DNA of 64,000 bases, from positions 40,486,001 through 40,550,000 of the forward strand of contig NC_135887.1 in the NCBI RefSeq assembly GCF_964194155.1, read 5' to 3'. Shown in pieces: positions 51,847-64,000 of this stretch. The translations under genes were made by a program, and so were the position numbers. This DNA comes from Cetorhinus maximus. Its lineage: Eukaryota. The stretch's first letter is position 1. Each line of letters starts with the position of its first letter. The notes under the pieces are model-generated. The model had not been told where the DNA came from. It did no database searches and saw nothing but the letters and a program-made list of their open reading frames with translations.

Positions 51847-53267
51847 GTTAGTGATTTTATGTTCGTCAATTTCTATATTGTTGATAAAAACTTTGGTAAT
51901 ACATGAAATTAGGTAACTAACATCTTACTCATGGCATTGCATGGGGTAAATTGGATGATTTGCTATTTTATGCGCAGCAGTGTTTGCTTATCAAGGTGGT
52001 GGGTTTCTAAGTGTATCAGATTCCCAATGTTAGCAGCAGCTCCAGTATCAGAAGAGCATTGCTATTTCATCAGTGTGACATTTTTTTCATTTCCTACACC
52101 TGCAATCCTGTGCCCATCTGAGTGACGTGCGTAATTAATTCTAAATGAGGATAGATTGTTTCGCTGTAGGAATTTTATTGAAACTGTCCTCACTTATTTC
52201 ATATTTGAAGACTTTCATCCCATCAGTCTGGGCAGGATTTGAATCCTGTTCCCAAAGATGGACTGTATCAGTCCCATTTCCCAAACAGAAATGTTGCACT
52301 ATGAAATATAAATGTATCTATGCCCTTAGAGCTGCAACCTAATTGTGGAGTAAACAGAAATTCACTTAGTTCAGAGTCCAATTGTTGCTTTGTTAGAAAA
52401 GTTTGCAGGTTGGAGTGGCCTCATCACTTTCAGGCTGGAAATTTAAAGAACAGGCCTGAAACAACACAGCGTACCTTAAGGCAACAGGGAGCGAGAACTT
52501 GCTTAAGGGAGTAGTCATAGATGCTGAGCCTGAGGGAAAAACCAAAAATACAATGTATCCCTTGGCGACTGTTCTTTTATCCTGAGTTTTGTTTTTAGAT
52601 TTGTTTATGATTTCAATCTTGTACACATTGTTAAAAATGTTGTTAATTTTTCCTGGGGTTATTGCGAGATGGCATGTTGCTTTTATCTTTCCTAATGAAT
52701 GATTGAAAATAATTATTTAGCGCATTAACTGTTTATTGTGCTCATCATCAGCTTTAGCCCTGTTTGTAGTCTCTTCTGACTTTTTACTGTTATGGAACTG
52801 AAAAAATGCATACCTACTTTCTGACCATCATCCCTTCTGTGCTGTTGCATTGAGGACTTTATAACATTTAAACATTTACAGCTATTACTATTCACTAACA
52901 TCAAATCTGAATTCTGACTGTGTTGAACAAACTTTTAAACCTTGTATCAAACAAAAATAAATTGATTACTGTATTTTAATACATTCTTGGTTATGTTCCA
53001 AAGCAGCAAATTGTAATCTTCAATCTATGACTAAAATTTATATGGCTAAAATTTTTAAAAATTCTACTTTTCTGAGATGTGTTTTGAAAGAAAAGTCTGA
53101 TCTTGCCTAGTATCCTCCTCTACTGACCCAAATTCTGAGTGATTTAAAAAAGTTAATTCATGGATGATAGATTGGGGAGAATGATAGATGGGCTGAGATA
53201 AGACCACAGAAATTTATTTTATGATTTAATCTGCTTATTGAAAAAATATGCTTTATTATTTGTGCAG

Positions 53268-53462
53268 GTATACAGTAAAACTATCTGTGTATTCATGGTT
53301 TCCACATACACTGATGGACAACCAAATGAAAGTGCAGCCTGGTTTTGTAAGTGGTTGGAAGATGCAACACATGACTTCAGATATGGCAAAACCTACCTCA
53401 AAGGTTTGAGATATGCAGTATTCGGCTTGGGCAACTCTGTTTATGTAAATCATTACAACACC
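53268..53462 (+). CDS. TYW1: TYW1 coding exon 5
   Basis: VYSKTICVFMVSTYTDGQPNESAAWFCKWLEDATHDFRYGKTYLKGLRYAVFGLGNSVYVNHYNT; flavodoxin motifs TYTDG and YAVFGLGNS; 195 nt; GTAAGT donor. Confidence 0.97.
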
Positions 53463-53964
53463 GTAAGTATATTGTCCTTGCTTCTGTAACTGCTCACGGT
53501 TCTGCTATGTGGCTGCAATCTTTAAAAATGCGTACAAAACTGTAGTGTGATAAGAATCAACTGCCTTCTGAGATTTTATTGCAACTTGACCAATGCCAAT
53601 GACTATTAGAAGGGTGGGAGGAGGTTCGTGTAAAGCATAATTGTCAGCATTGACCAGTTGAGCAGCATAGTCTGTTTCTCTGGTGTGGATGCTAAATTAC
53701 TCTGTGTTGTACAAATCTAAAATTCTGATCTAGGTTGCAAACTTTTGTTAGTCTGTGTGATTTTTCTTTTTAATTTTATTTTAACATTGTTAAAACAGAT
53801 TAGTGCAGGTATACATTGCTACCACCTCAAAGGGGTTGGGTAAAAAGGTGCCAGTAATGCAGTAGTAAGATTGCAGCCATCCTAATGAATGCCTGTTACT
53901 ACATTTCTGCTTTTAGTTATTTATTTCCCTTGGTTATATTCAGTTATATTACATTTAAATGTAT

Positions 53965-54350
53965 TTTAATCTGTTATATGCAAGTTATTTGGGAATGGGA
54001 GTTGGAATCTCACCATGGAAATATGCAAATTTGAACTTTTTTTTTTCATAAAAACTGGTAATATAAAGCTGAGACCAGTAAAATTAACCATGAAGCTGTC
54101 AGATTGCTGTAAAAACCCAACTGGTTCACTCATGTCTTTTCGGGAAGACAGCCTGTTATCCTTACCCAATCTGGCTTCTATGTGATCCAGTCCCACATGT
54201 GGTTGACACTTAACCATCTTCTTAAGTGTCCTAGCAAGTCACTCAGTTGTATCAAACTGCACAAAGTGGTTCAAGAAGAAGGACAACTAGGATGGGCAAT
54301 AAATACCAGTCTTGCCAGTAGTAGCCATACCCCGAAAATGAGAAAAAAAA
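53965..54350 (+). mobile_element. Family A SINE copy
   Basis: AAAAACCCAACTGGTTCACT...CCTAGCAAGTCACTCAGTTGTATCAAA body joined to the GGATGGGCAATAAAT..TTGCCAG tail. Confidence 0.75.
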
Positions 54351-54649
54351 CACAATCGGTATATTTACATTTGCACTTAAGTTACATTGATCACTGTATG
54401 ACACGTGTTTCAGGGGCTGGGATGAAACATTCTTTTAGTGTCGCAAATACTGTTTTCCTAACCTAAAAATTCTTTCTTTTTCTCAATTACCCATGTAGCT
54501 AAACATTGCTTTTTATTTTTATTGCAAAGATTGAAATACTCTTTCTATTGATGCTCTTTTGTATACTGCATTTCATGTTCACAAGTTTACTGTGAGTAAT
54601 GAAATAAACTGTTATAGCTTTAACTGTACAGCGCTTGTCCTTTTGTCAG

Positions 54650-54940
54650 GTCGGTAAAAATATTGATATGTGGCTGTGGATGTTGAGTGCCAGTCGTATT
54701 ATGACCCGTGGAGAAGGTGATTGCAATGTGGTAAAGAGCAAACATGGCAGCATCGAGGCTGACTTTAGTGAATGGCAAACCATGTTCTTGAGCAGAGTAC
54801 AAGCACTCTACAAAGAGGAAAAAAAAGAGTGTAATGGCAACTGCAAAAAGGGGAAATGCAAGTCCAAAGAGGAGAAACATAAAGAGGAATCCAGTCAGAA
54901 TGAAGTGCCAGAAGAGATAAAAGATCACAGTAGTGAAGAG
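54650..54940 (+). CDS. TYW1: TYW1 coding exon 6
   Basis: VGKNIDMWLWMLSASRIMTRGEGDCNVVKSKHGSIEADF...CNGNCKKGKC...SSEE; 291 nt; TTTTGTCAG acceptor, GTAAAT donor. Confidence 0.97.
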
Positions 54941-55719
54941 GTAAATTAGACCACATTAAAGGTACTCTACTGAACGTACAGAATTGTAATAAATGCTTAT
55001 CTCATGACTCAGTCCTCCATGGCTTTCCCATTTTCTGTTCACTGCTAAATGCCTAAATTGGATTTTGGTAACATGAGCTCTAAAACCTGCTCATTTTAAT
55101 ATAGCTTGTAGATGTTTAAGACCTCTTCCCCCCACCAACCCCACCCCACTCTCGCTACAAATGTGGGACCTCCATCAAACTGTCGGTTTCTGTAATCAGT
55201 GTGCTGTATAGAAGACTAGCGAAATCAAAATGCAGTCACTTGTGCAGTGTGTTTTATATTACAGCGAGAGTTCACTATCCTCCTGAATTTTCTCTGTAAT
55301 GTATGTACTCTGGGAATGGGGAATACATATTTCTAGCATTTTTTTAATGAAAATTATTTCCTGCAACTTTGTTCAACCTATCACCATTCCCAACTTGTTA
55401 GTTAAGTACTCATATTGAGTACTTTTATTAAAATAATTTTGGGGGTGGGAGGTAGAGGGAGACTCTAGATTGGACCTCAAATTCAGTACTGTCCAATTGC
55501 CTGAATTGTTTATCCATTCTCCTTTTTTGTTCACCAAGTTTGGTTCCTTCCTGCCAATAGCTCTCAATGGAAACACTTCCTCTAAAATTAGCTTTTTCTT
55601 CTATAAGTGCTTAGACTGTACCTGGAGCAATTGAGTGCCTGATGGCATCAATAAGCATTGACGCTGTCAAGTAAGACTCTGACAATAGTGGAGCAGGAGA
55701 AACTGTTGTTGACTGCTGA

Positions 55720-56250
55720 AGTACACCGTCTGGAGTACTGTGCACAGTTCTGGTCTCCTTATTTGAAAAATATAATTGCGTTAGAAGCAGTTCAGAGAAG
55801 GTTCACTCGATTCATTCCTGGGATAAAGAAAGGGTGAACAGATTGGGTCTATACCCATTGGAGTTTAGAAGAATGCGAGGTGATCTTACTGAAACGTATA
55901 AGATCCTGAGGGGACTTGTTAGGGTGGATACTGGGAGGATGTTTCCTCTTGTGGGGGAGACTAGAAGTAGGGGGACACATTAAAGGATAAGAGGTCTCCC
56001 GTTTAAGATGAAGATGAGGAGAAATCTCTCTCAGTATGGAATTCTCTTTCTCAGAAAGCAGTGGAGGCTGGGTCATTGAATTTATTCAAGGCAGAGTTAG
56101 ATAGATTTTTGATAGACGAGAGAGTCAATGATTATGTGGGGACAGACAGGAAAATGGAGTTGAGACCACAACCAGATCAGCCATGATCTTATTGAATGGC
56201 AGAGCTGCTTAGGCCGAATGGCCTACTCCTGCTCCTAAGTCCTATGTTCT
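55720..56250 (+). mobile_element. CR1 3' fragment
   Basis: LEYCAQFWSP coding remnant and GGCCGAATGGCCTACTCCTGCTCC..CCTATGTTCTT tail. Confidence 0.88.
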
Positions 56251-57455
56251 TTCCCACACCTGTGACCCTGAGATACTGACCTTATTCATTGCTGAAGGTA
56301 AGGACCGTCCCTAGATCCCAACTTTCTGTCCAATGGACAATAAGAATGACCGAGAACATCTGCATGCTACCCACAGTGAGGCAGTGCCGAACTACTGTTA
56401 GCCTTGTAGCCCTGGACATCAAGAGCTCAACAGTCCCAGTCTCTAGACTTGAACTATTGACCTGGCCCAGGACAGTGCCCATGTTTTGACCACCGAACAA
56501 ATGTTTAAAGAACAGAGAGTAGGAATAAATGAGTTGAGGTTAGCAGGCTGTTACGAGTGAGAGGCTGCAATGATCTGTGCTGGGGCCTTGGTTATTTACA
56601 ATCTATATCACTAACTTAGATGAAGGGACCGAGTGTGATGTATTCAGATGATTCTGTTACAACTCAGACCATGAATATTACCCATCAGTCCAATAATCAC
56701 TTCTTAGCCTATTAAACAAATCCAGCTTTTCCAATGTTTTCCAGCAAACTCTGGCTTCCTGGCTGTGAGAAATATCTTAGTCCCATTTGCTGGGCAGATT
56801 TTGTACTTTTTCCTTTGGCCATCATTTAGACCACAAGACTTTATCTGATATCAGTTTAATAGGTGGTATTGTTTGTACACATAATTGCACGTCTATTTCT
56901 TTTGTCCATTTATGCGAATGTATGTTGGTGTATATTTGTCTGCAAAATCTGCCCCACACCAACATCTCCCATTTAAAATTTTCATCCTAGTGCTCAAATC
57001 CATTCATAGCCTCACCCATCTTTAACTTTGTCACTTCCTTCAGCCTGCCACACCACCTCCCACCACCCCTCACCCTACCACCCCAAACCTTCCATTCCTC
57101 TGTTTCTGGCCTCTTGCATTATTCCTATCTCTTTGTCCCATATTTGAGGCTGTGCTGTCAGCCACCCAGACTGCAAGTTCTAGAATTTCCTCCTTGTACT
57201 CTGCTGCTTCTCTGTGTGGAGCCAAAACAAATGCTTGTGGTATTGACCAGTGTGATAGGGAAGAAATGCAACAAGCCACAAAGGGTGTGATGCAGCAACA
57301 ATTGCCCTTATGATGTATCAAATTGTACCTCATTGGGAGTGAAAGGTGATTTAAAGTTGAGCATTTCTGAAACCTCATTTCCCCACATTGCTCAGGCCTA
57401 ATAAAATTCAGCTAATTACATAGCCAACGTTTTTAAAATAGTCTCACTCTTTTGC

Positions 57456-58870
57456 ATTGCTGAAAAAAGACATTTTGTTAAAGCTTTTTGTTTTGCACTC
57501 ATCAGGACAATTGCAAGAATACCAATGTCAGGGGAAACAACAGAAGAGAGTGCTGACTGATTGGCAAGTGGGCTCTGGTAGAGGCGTTGCCATGGAGAAT
57601 GCACCAGATCGATGATATGTTTGCTATATTTAAAACCAAAGCAGCATGTAATAATTTCCTTACATGTCTAAATGGGCTCAGTCCGGTGCCCAAATTCACC
57701 TTTGAAATGGAGCATTCAAATTAACTCCCTTTCCTGGATATACTAGTTGAGAAATCTGCCAGGGGGTTCTCTACCACGGTCTATTGCAAGCCTACCTTCA
57801 CTGGTCAGTACACGCTTTTGGGATTCTTACAGTTCCACGTGCTATGATTGGCCTTATTGGCAACCTTGTAAATAGGGCCCGAGCCATTTGCTCACCATGC
57901 AAGCTTGATGCTGAAATAGGGCACATCAAAGACATCCTGCGGGATAATAGCCACCCTGATTACTTCACACTGTATATCATGTAAACTCATGAACTGGCCT
58001 AAGGCTGTCACTTTCGGCCCTGAAAAGTGCCCATTCTACCTCAGATTACCCTGGAAGGGCAAGGTATCTCAAAAAATTCGAGCAACAGGTGAAGCTAGCT
58101 GTTTCACGCTGCTACTATGCGGTAGCAACAAGAGTGGTATTCGCCACTAACAGAATGCTGCTGTCAAGCCAAAAGGACTTTCTACCTATCTCACAAATGA
58201 GTAATGTGGTATATCAATTTCAGTACCAGTGTGATGCTAGGTATGTAGGCTGTACGTGCCAAAGACTGGCGGATCATATCAAGCATGCCCCTTCCGCTGT
58301 TTGCAACGGGCAAGATACAGACTGTATGCAACCAGTTCGTGCTTGCAAAACTCAAAACACAGTGTCCAACATTATATTTGATTCCGTGATTGGAGAACAT
58401 TTGCTAAATAATCCTCAGTGTGCTAAAAATTATGCTGACAACCAATTTAAGGTTGTCAGTTGGGCTCGCAGTGCGACACGTTTGCGTGTACTGGAAGCTA
58501 CATATATTAATGCACGGGGCCCTGTTCTTTGCAGGCAGAAAGAACATGTAAGCACATTGCACCTGTTTCAGCTAAACAAAATAAGTGATAGTCATCCACT
58601 GCTTCACTCCTCAGGGCAATGCCTTGACCAGTCAGAGTCAAGCTGCCTGGTTTAAATATTCAAACAATGCTTGGCAGTTAATTGTTAGCCACCATTAACT
58701 GGTGCATTCTCCATGGCAACCCCTCTACCAATCAGAGCCCACTTGCCAACCAATCAGTACTCTCTTCTCATATAGTATAATGTTGCTGTTTCACCTGATA
58801 TTGGTATTCTTGCGATTGTCCTGATGAGTGCAAAACGAGAAGCTTTGACAAAATGTCCTTTTGCAGCAAT
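57456..58870 (+). mobile_element. Penelope-like element (family P2) with inverted terminal repeats
   Basis: DDMFAIF, LPFLDILV, VYCKPTFTG RT end; GIY-YIG NVVYQF..RYVGCT..RL; 57456-57607 is the reverse complement of 58699-58870. Confidence 0.9.
58816..58851 (+). ncRNA. Degenerate hammerhead-like motif in the P2 terminus
   Basis: TTGTC-CTGATGA-GT(GCAAA)AC-GAGA-AGCTTT-GACAA; GAAA box reads GAGA. Confidence 0.55.
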
Positions 58871-58910
58871 ACTCACATTCTGTAGTACCAAACTACTATC
58901 TAATTGTTTG

Positions 58911-59090
58911 AATGTTTCGAGTCCTATGACTCTTCTTCAGAGCTAAGCTTAGCTCTGAAGAAGATTCATATGGACTCAAAACGTTAACTCTGTTTTTCTC
59001 TCCACAGATGCTGTTAGACCTGCTGAATTTTTCCAGCATTTTCTGTTTTTGTTTCAGATTTCCATCATCTGCAGTGTTTGCTTTTGTGTG
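58911..59090. mobile_element. P1 terminal-repeat fragment with inverted partial copy
   Basis: Matches 31651-31785 on plus, preceded by a reverse-complement partial copy; perfect 34-bp palindrome 58931-58964. Confidence 0.85.
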
Positions 59091-59461
59091 ATGTTTAGTC
59101 AGGTCCCTCCATTAGATAAATTATCTGTCTAGTGAGTGTCTTGGTTTATTTCTTCACCCTGATTTGTTACCGCCTCCATATATTTACCAATAGTTTTGGC
59201 ATGTAAACATTCATCTGTGACTTTAACACAGTTCTGTAGCTGACCAATTGCATAGCTACTTGTAATTTTAATACAAAAACCCACAGTATCATCTAATAAA
59301 CTGAAATACCTGAAATGATTTTTTATTGAAAGTTCCTGTAGATGAGGTGAGGCATGTGAATAAATGTCATCCCTGACTGATTTGTTTGTTAGTATATATG
59401 ATTGGCACTTAACTTTGGTTGATTCTATTTCTTACGTTTCGATTCTTCTTTGTCTCTCCAG

Positions 59462-59581
59462 GAAGAATTGTTTGAGACAACAAGTGAAGAAGAATCTGGA
59501 TTGGAAGATGAAACTGAAGCTGCTTCTGTCATTGATGTAGAAGACCTGGGCAATGTTATGAACAATATGAAACAAGCAAAG
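59462..59581 (+). CDS. TYW1: TYW1 coding exon 7 (acidic linker); gene continues beyond the window
   Basis: Long pyrimidine tract and CAG; EELFETTSEEESGLEDETEAASVIDVEDLGNVMNNMKQAK with the DVEDLG motif; 120 nt; GTATGG donor. Confidence 0.95.
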
Positions 59582-60099
59582 GTATGGGCTCATTTATCAT
59601 TTTGATAGGTACTGATACAATTAACTAAGGCTGTCCTCAATCAATCAGAGCTCTGGAGCAAAACGAAACTAAGGTTCAGGAAGCGTGGATTTAATTAAGT
59701 GCTTTTGGGGCAAAATTGAGATTGCCTTAATTTTTACATTATTTCTCCATCTTGGTTAGAAGTACCTGGATTAATTTTTCATAATGTTTTGAAGTTCAGA
59801 GATCTGTGTTGTTGTTTGATGGATGAGGTAATATGGTAGCTATTGTCTGGAAAAATTCTTTATAACAAGTTAAGGGAATTTTCAAAGCTCTGCAATGGCC
59901 TTATCCTTGAACTTTACCAGTGAAAGTTCCAAGAAGAAAAGATCTTCTGATGGACCTTCCTATTTTGAACGTGTGCACACCAACTGTTAGGCTTGCTTGT
60001 AACCTTTGCCTTTGATGCTGTCATTCCGAGAGAATTTCCAGTGTTAATCTGAGATTTGAGGTGTAACGCTGAACCTGCCGCAGAGAAATCATGAAAAGC

Positions 60100-61950
60100 T
60101 TCTTGGAGACTGTGTGTGGCTTAAACTCTGGCCGGTGGCTGGTATGCAGCAGTCTTGTTTACTTTTGAAGTCAGCCTTTCCCTCTCAAGTTTCCTGCTCT
60201 GCGAGGTTGAAGATGGCTTCTAAATTTTGAATATATTCTGCTGCCTTTTTTATTGTGAGCTGTCTATAAGGTGGTGAATGAGGGGATATTCACACCTCAG
60301 GAATGTAGTGGGACGTATAACGCAATTTTTTATTGAGGAGTTGTTGAAAATTATTTTTTCAGCATTGATGGATGCTGAAGGTTTTTTTTGCCATTTGACC
60401 TTGGTCTATAGATGGCCCTGGTGGCTTCTAAAAGGCTACACGCATCATGATGGTCAGCATTTTGTTGGATCTCTCAGGCTTTCTCTTCCCACCACGTGTC
60501 CTTTATCTTCCAGATTTGTCTTTGGGCATCACCCTTGAGCTGTTGGAATGCTGCTTTCTTGACTTGCGACCTTGGGTTGTATGATCAGGCAATGAAGGCT
60601 GCTCAGTTTTGTTCTAGGTCACTTTTTTCGCATTGTTTTTGTCAAATCAGTGCTGGTAATGATGTGCTCGAACCCAATGGTCAGAACACAGCAATCTAGC
60701 ACAGCTGGCTTTATTTAATCTCGCTGTCCTGGAATTGAGTTGGGTGTGTGAAGATTTTCCAGAATAATTGTGAGCTGCACTTGGAATTCCCCTCTTCAAT
60801 TGGGCTGTATTAGGGCTGAGACATTGATCTCCTCCCTCTTACACTTTTTGGCCTTGTGATGTCTTGGTGCTAGGTGAATGCTCATCACCGATTGAACACG
60901 GCAATGATCTGTTCGCTGGGCACCAGTCCCCGCATGGATTGAATGTAACAGACATCTCTTGGACCTTTGAGCCAAACAATGACATAATCAAGGAGATGCC
61001 AGTGCTTCGATCTAGGATACCTCCAGGTGGTTTTGTATTTTGTATCCTGACAGAAGAGGGTGCTTGTTATAAGGAGGCCATGGTGAGCACACTTCGTCAG
61101 CAGGAGGACACCATTTTTGCATTGTGTTTTTCCATCCTGATTTTCCCAATGGTTCCTCTACGGACATCAGGGTCATGGCCAGCCCTCGCATTAAAGTCCC
61201 CAAGAATAATGATCTTTCTTTTTTGGGATGACAATGAGGAAGGAATTCATCAAGGTCAGAATAGAACTCTTCCATAACACCTCCATCAGAGTTGAGGATT
61301 GAGGCATAAGCACTGATAACGGTGGTGTATCGGTTACAACTGAGCTGTAGGTGAAATGTTATGAACCTTTCATTTATACAGTTATGGAGTTCTGGCAGTG
61401 CAATCAAAGATTGGATGGCGAAACCAACTTTGTACACACAAGGGTTGCTGTCAGCCTTTCCTTTTCAGTAGCAGGTGTATCCCCCTGCTTGTTCCTTTAG
61501 CTGCCCCTCCTGAGGAAGTAAGGTCTCTTGTTCGATCAATGATAAACATCCATCTTGCACCAAGACCTCACACGATCCAAAAATCCAAGAGGAAGATGAT
61601 CAATGTCTCAGTCCTAAAACAACCCGACTGAAGAAAGGAATTCCAAGTGCAGCTCATGACCAATCTGGAAAACCTTCACACATCTAACTTGCCAAACTTA
61701 ATTCACTGGGGGTGGTGATGTCAATTTGGAGCTTTGATAGCTCGCGTGATTACAGTTCTTCTAAGCGGACGGTCACTCTTGAGAATATCCATGAGTGTTC
61801 TAACAATCCAAGTTTCAAAATTTAAAGTTTTCTTTCTTTGACCACTAAGATGGTGATCCCACAAGGTGTGGTTCCCCAGTCATGAGAAAGTAGGACAGAC
61901 TGTTTTTAGGGCACCTATTCTAGCTCCCTCCCAATTGGGGTGAGCAGAGG
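60100..61950 (-). mobile_element. RTE-clade LINE 5' part (APE domain), degenerate
   Basis: RELSKLQIDI, EGQLKEQAGGYT, VGFAI, INERFIT, TVISAYA..EEFYSDL. Confidence 0.8.
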
Positions 61951-62080
61951 GTGTCCTGAAGAGGACTGCTTAGTCACAGATGCTGCTGCCCAAAGACACC
62001 TCTGACCCAACTGTTATGATGAAGTGAGAAGGGGTGAACTGCTCCCCTCAATTCAACCTCCTGCTCTGATGTAGATTTTC

Positions 62081-64000
62081 CTACAAGTAGCTGCTCCCAG
62101 TCCACTTTGGCCAGATCCTGTCTTGTCTTATATTAAAATTGGCCTTCTCCCAATTCAGAACCATTATTTCCGGTCCTTCTTTGTCCTTTTCCATAACTAG
62201 CTTAAACCTTACTGAGTTATGGTCACTATCACCGAAATGCTCTCCCACTGACACTTCTACCACTTGCCCGGCTTCGTTCCCTAAGATTAGGTCCAGCACC
62301 ACCCCTCACTTGTAGGACCTCCTACGTGTTGACTTAAAAAGCTCTCCTGGATTCTTTTTAGGAATTCTGCCCCCTCTAAGCCTTTCACCCTTTGTCTATC
62401 CCAGTTAATATTGGGGAAGTTGAATTCCCCTACTATTATTACCCTGTTATTTTTACACTTCCCTGAGATTTGCCCACATTTCTGCCCCTCTATCTCTCCC
62501 TGACTGTTTGGCGGTCTATAGTACACTCCCAGTAGTGTGATTGCCCCTTTTTTGTGTTTAAGCTCTACCTACATGGCCTCATTTGAGGAACCTTCTGAGA
62601 TGTTATTCCTCCTTATTGCAGTAATTGACTCCTTGATCAATATTACAACACCACCACCTCTTTTACGCTCCCCCCACCCCGTCTCACCTGAAGATTCTAT
62701 AACCCGGAATAATGAGCTGCCAGTCCTGCCCCTCCCTCAACCATGTCTCTGTGATGGCAATGAAATAGTAGCCCAATGTGTTAATCAACACCCTCAACTC
62801 ATCTGCCTTACTCGCAAGACTCCTTGCATTAAAGTAAATGCCATCCAGCCTTGCCATGCACCCTTGTGCCTTAACTTGACTATACACGCTCTTCCTTCCA
62901 GACTGACTTGATTTTTCTTCTGTACTTGTCTGTGCATCAGCCCCTACTATACCTCCACTCTGTATCCCAACCCTCTGCCAAATTAGTTTAAACCCCCACT
63001 AACAGCACTAGCAAACTTCCCCGCAAGGATATTGATCCCATTCCGGTTCAGGTGCAACCCGTCAGATATTTAGAGGTCTCGCCTTCCCCAGAAACGGACC
63101 CAGTGATCTAGGAATCTAAAGCCCTCCCTCCTGCTCCAACTCTTCAGCCACGCATTCATCTGCTCTATCCGCCTTTTCCTATACTCACTAGCACGTGGCA
63201 CAGGGAGTAATTCAGAGATTACAACCTTTGAGGTCCTGTTTTTCAATCTGCTACCTAGCTCCCTAAATCCTTGTTGAAGGACCTCATTCCGCCCCCCCTT
63301 TCTACCTATGTCATTGGTACCAATGTGAACCATGATCTCTGACTGTTTGCCCTCTCCCTTCAGAATGCCCTGCAGCAGTTCAGCGAAGCCCTTGACCCTG
63401 GCCCCAGGGAGGCAACACACCATCCTGGTATCACGTCTGCAGCCGCAGAAATGCCTGACTGTACCCCTCACTATTGAGTCTCTTACTATTTCTCTTCCTC
63501 TCTTTCTCCTCCCACCTTGTGCAGCTGGGCTCTGGCTCCACTCCCCAGAGGAACCATCACTCTCACCATTTTCCAACGCAGAAAAACTGTTCTTGAGTGA
63601 GATGCACTCTGGGGCTTTCCTGACTGACTGCCTGCCTGCCTCCCTTCTGACTGGTGGTCACCCATTCCTTCTCTGACTGTACTTACTTCAGCTGAGGGGT
63701 GACCACATCTAAAAACGTGCTAGCCATGTAATTCTCAGCCTCACAGATGCACTGCTGTGCCTCCAGCTGACGCTCAAGCTCCGAATCCCGATGCTCAAGC
63801 TGGTCAAACCGGTGGCACTTCCTGCAGATGTGGTTATCCAGACTGCCAGGAGCGCCTAAGAATTCCCACATCCTGCAGGCTGTGCAAAACACGGGACTGA
63901 GCTCCCCTGCCATACCTTTAGTTAGAATACTCTTGACCTAAATTTAAGCCAAACAGCGGGACTTTGGGCCCTTTGAACGGCGGGACTTTGGGCCCTTTGA
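62081..64000 (-). mobile_element. CR1-clade LINE 5' half (zinc-finger/SGNH-esterase ORF1 plus APE), RT absent
   Basis: CTAC..CRKC finger, DSIVRG, CCLPGARV, VHIGTNDI; APE YFNARSL, IAITETWL, YYRPPNS, LDLILGN, SDHNS; GGGACTTTGGGCCCTTTGA repeats at the window edge. Confidence 0.92.

Overview
Vertebrate genomic DNA, most likely a cartilaginous fish (inferred from the repeat families). The window holds the complete 5-exon SBDS gene on the minus strand (16237-32147; exons 128/130/201/165/129 nt = 250 aa + stop). It also holds the first seven coding exons of TYW1 on the plus strand (44985-59581; N-terminal anchor plus flavodoxin domain, with the radical-SAM part outside the window). A probable terminal exon and 3'UTR of an upstream plus-strand gene lies at about 6496-8450 (TMEM248 by synteny, tentative). 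The rest is mostly retroelements: a single-ORF APE-RT LINE, CR1, RTE and L2 LINEs, two Penelope-like families, two solo LTRs, SINEs and three minisatellites. Most notable: (1) a LINE whose 5' end is a tRNA-like SINE head, present with a deletion series down to a ~330 bp head+tail SINE; (2) minimal hammerhead-ribozyme motifs in the Penelope-like termini, including a head-to-head palindromic pair; (3) SBDS and TYW1 start codons ~12.8 kb apart with separate CpG-rich promoters, each abutted by a G-rich minisatellite; (4) a predicted TYW1 first exon encoding a signal-peptide-like extension. All calls were made by eye without searches. Repeat boundaries are approximate and novelty is unverified.
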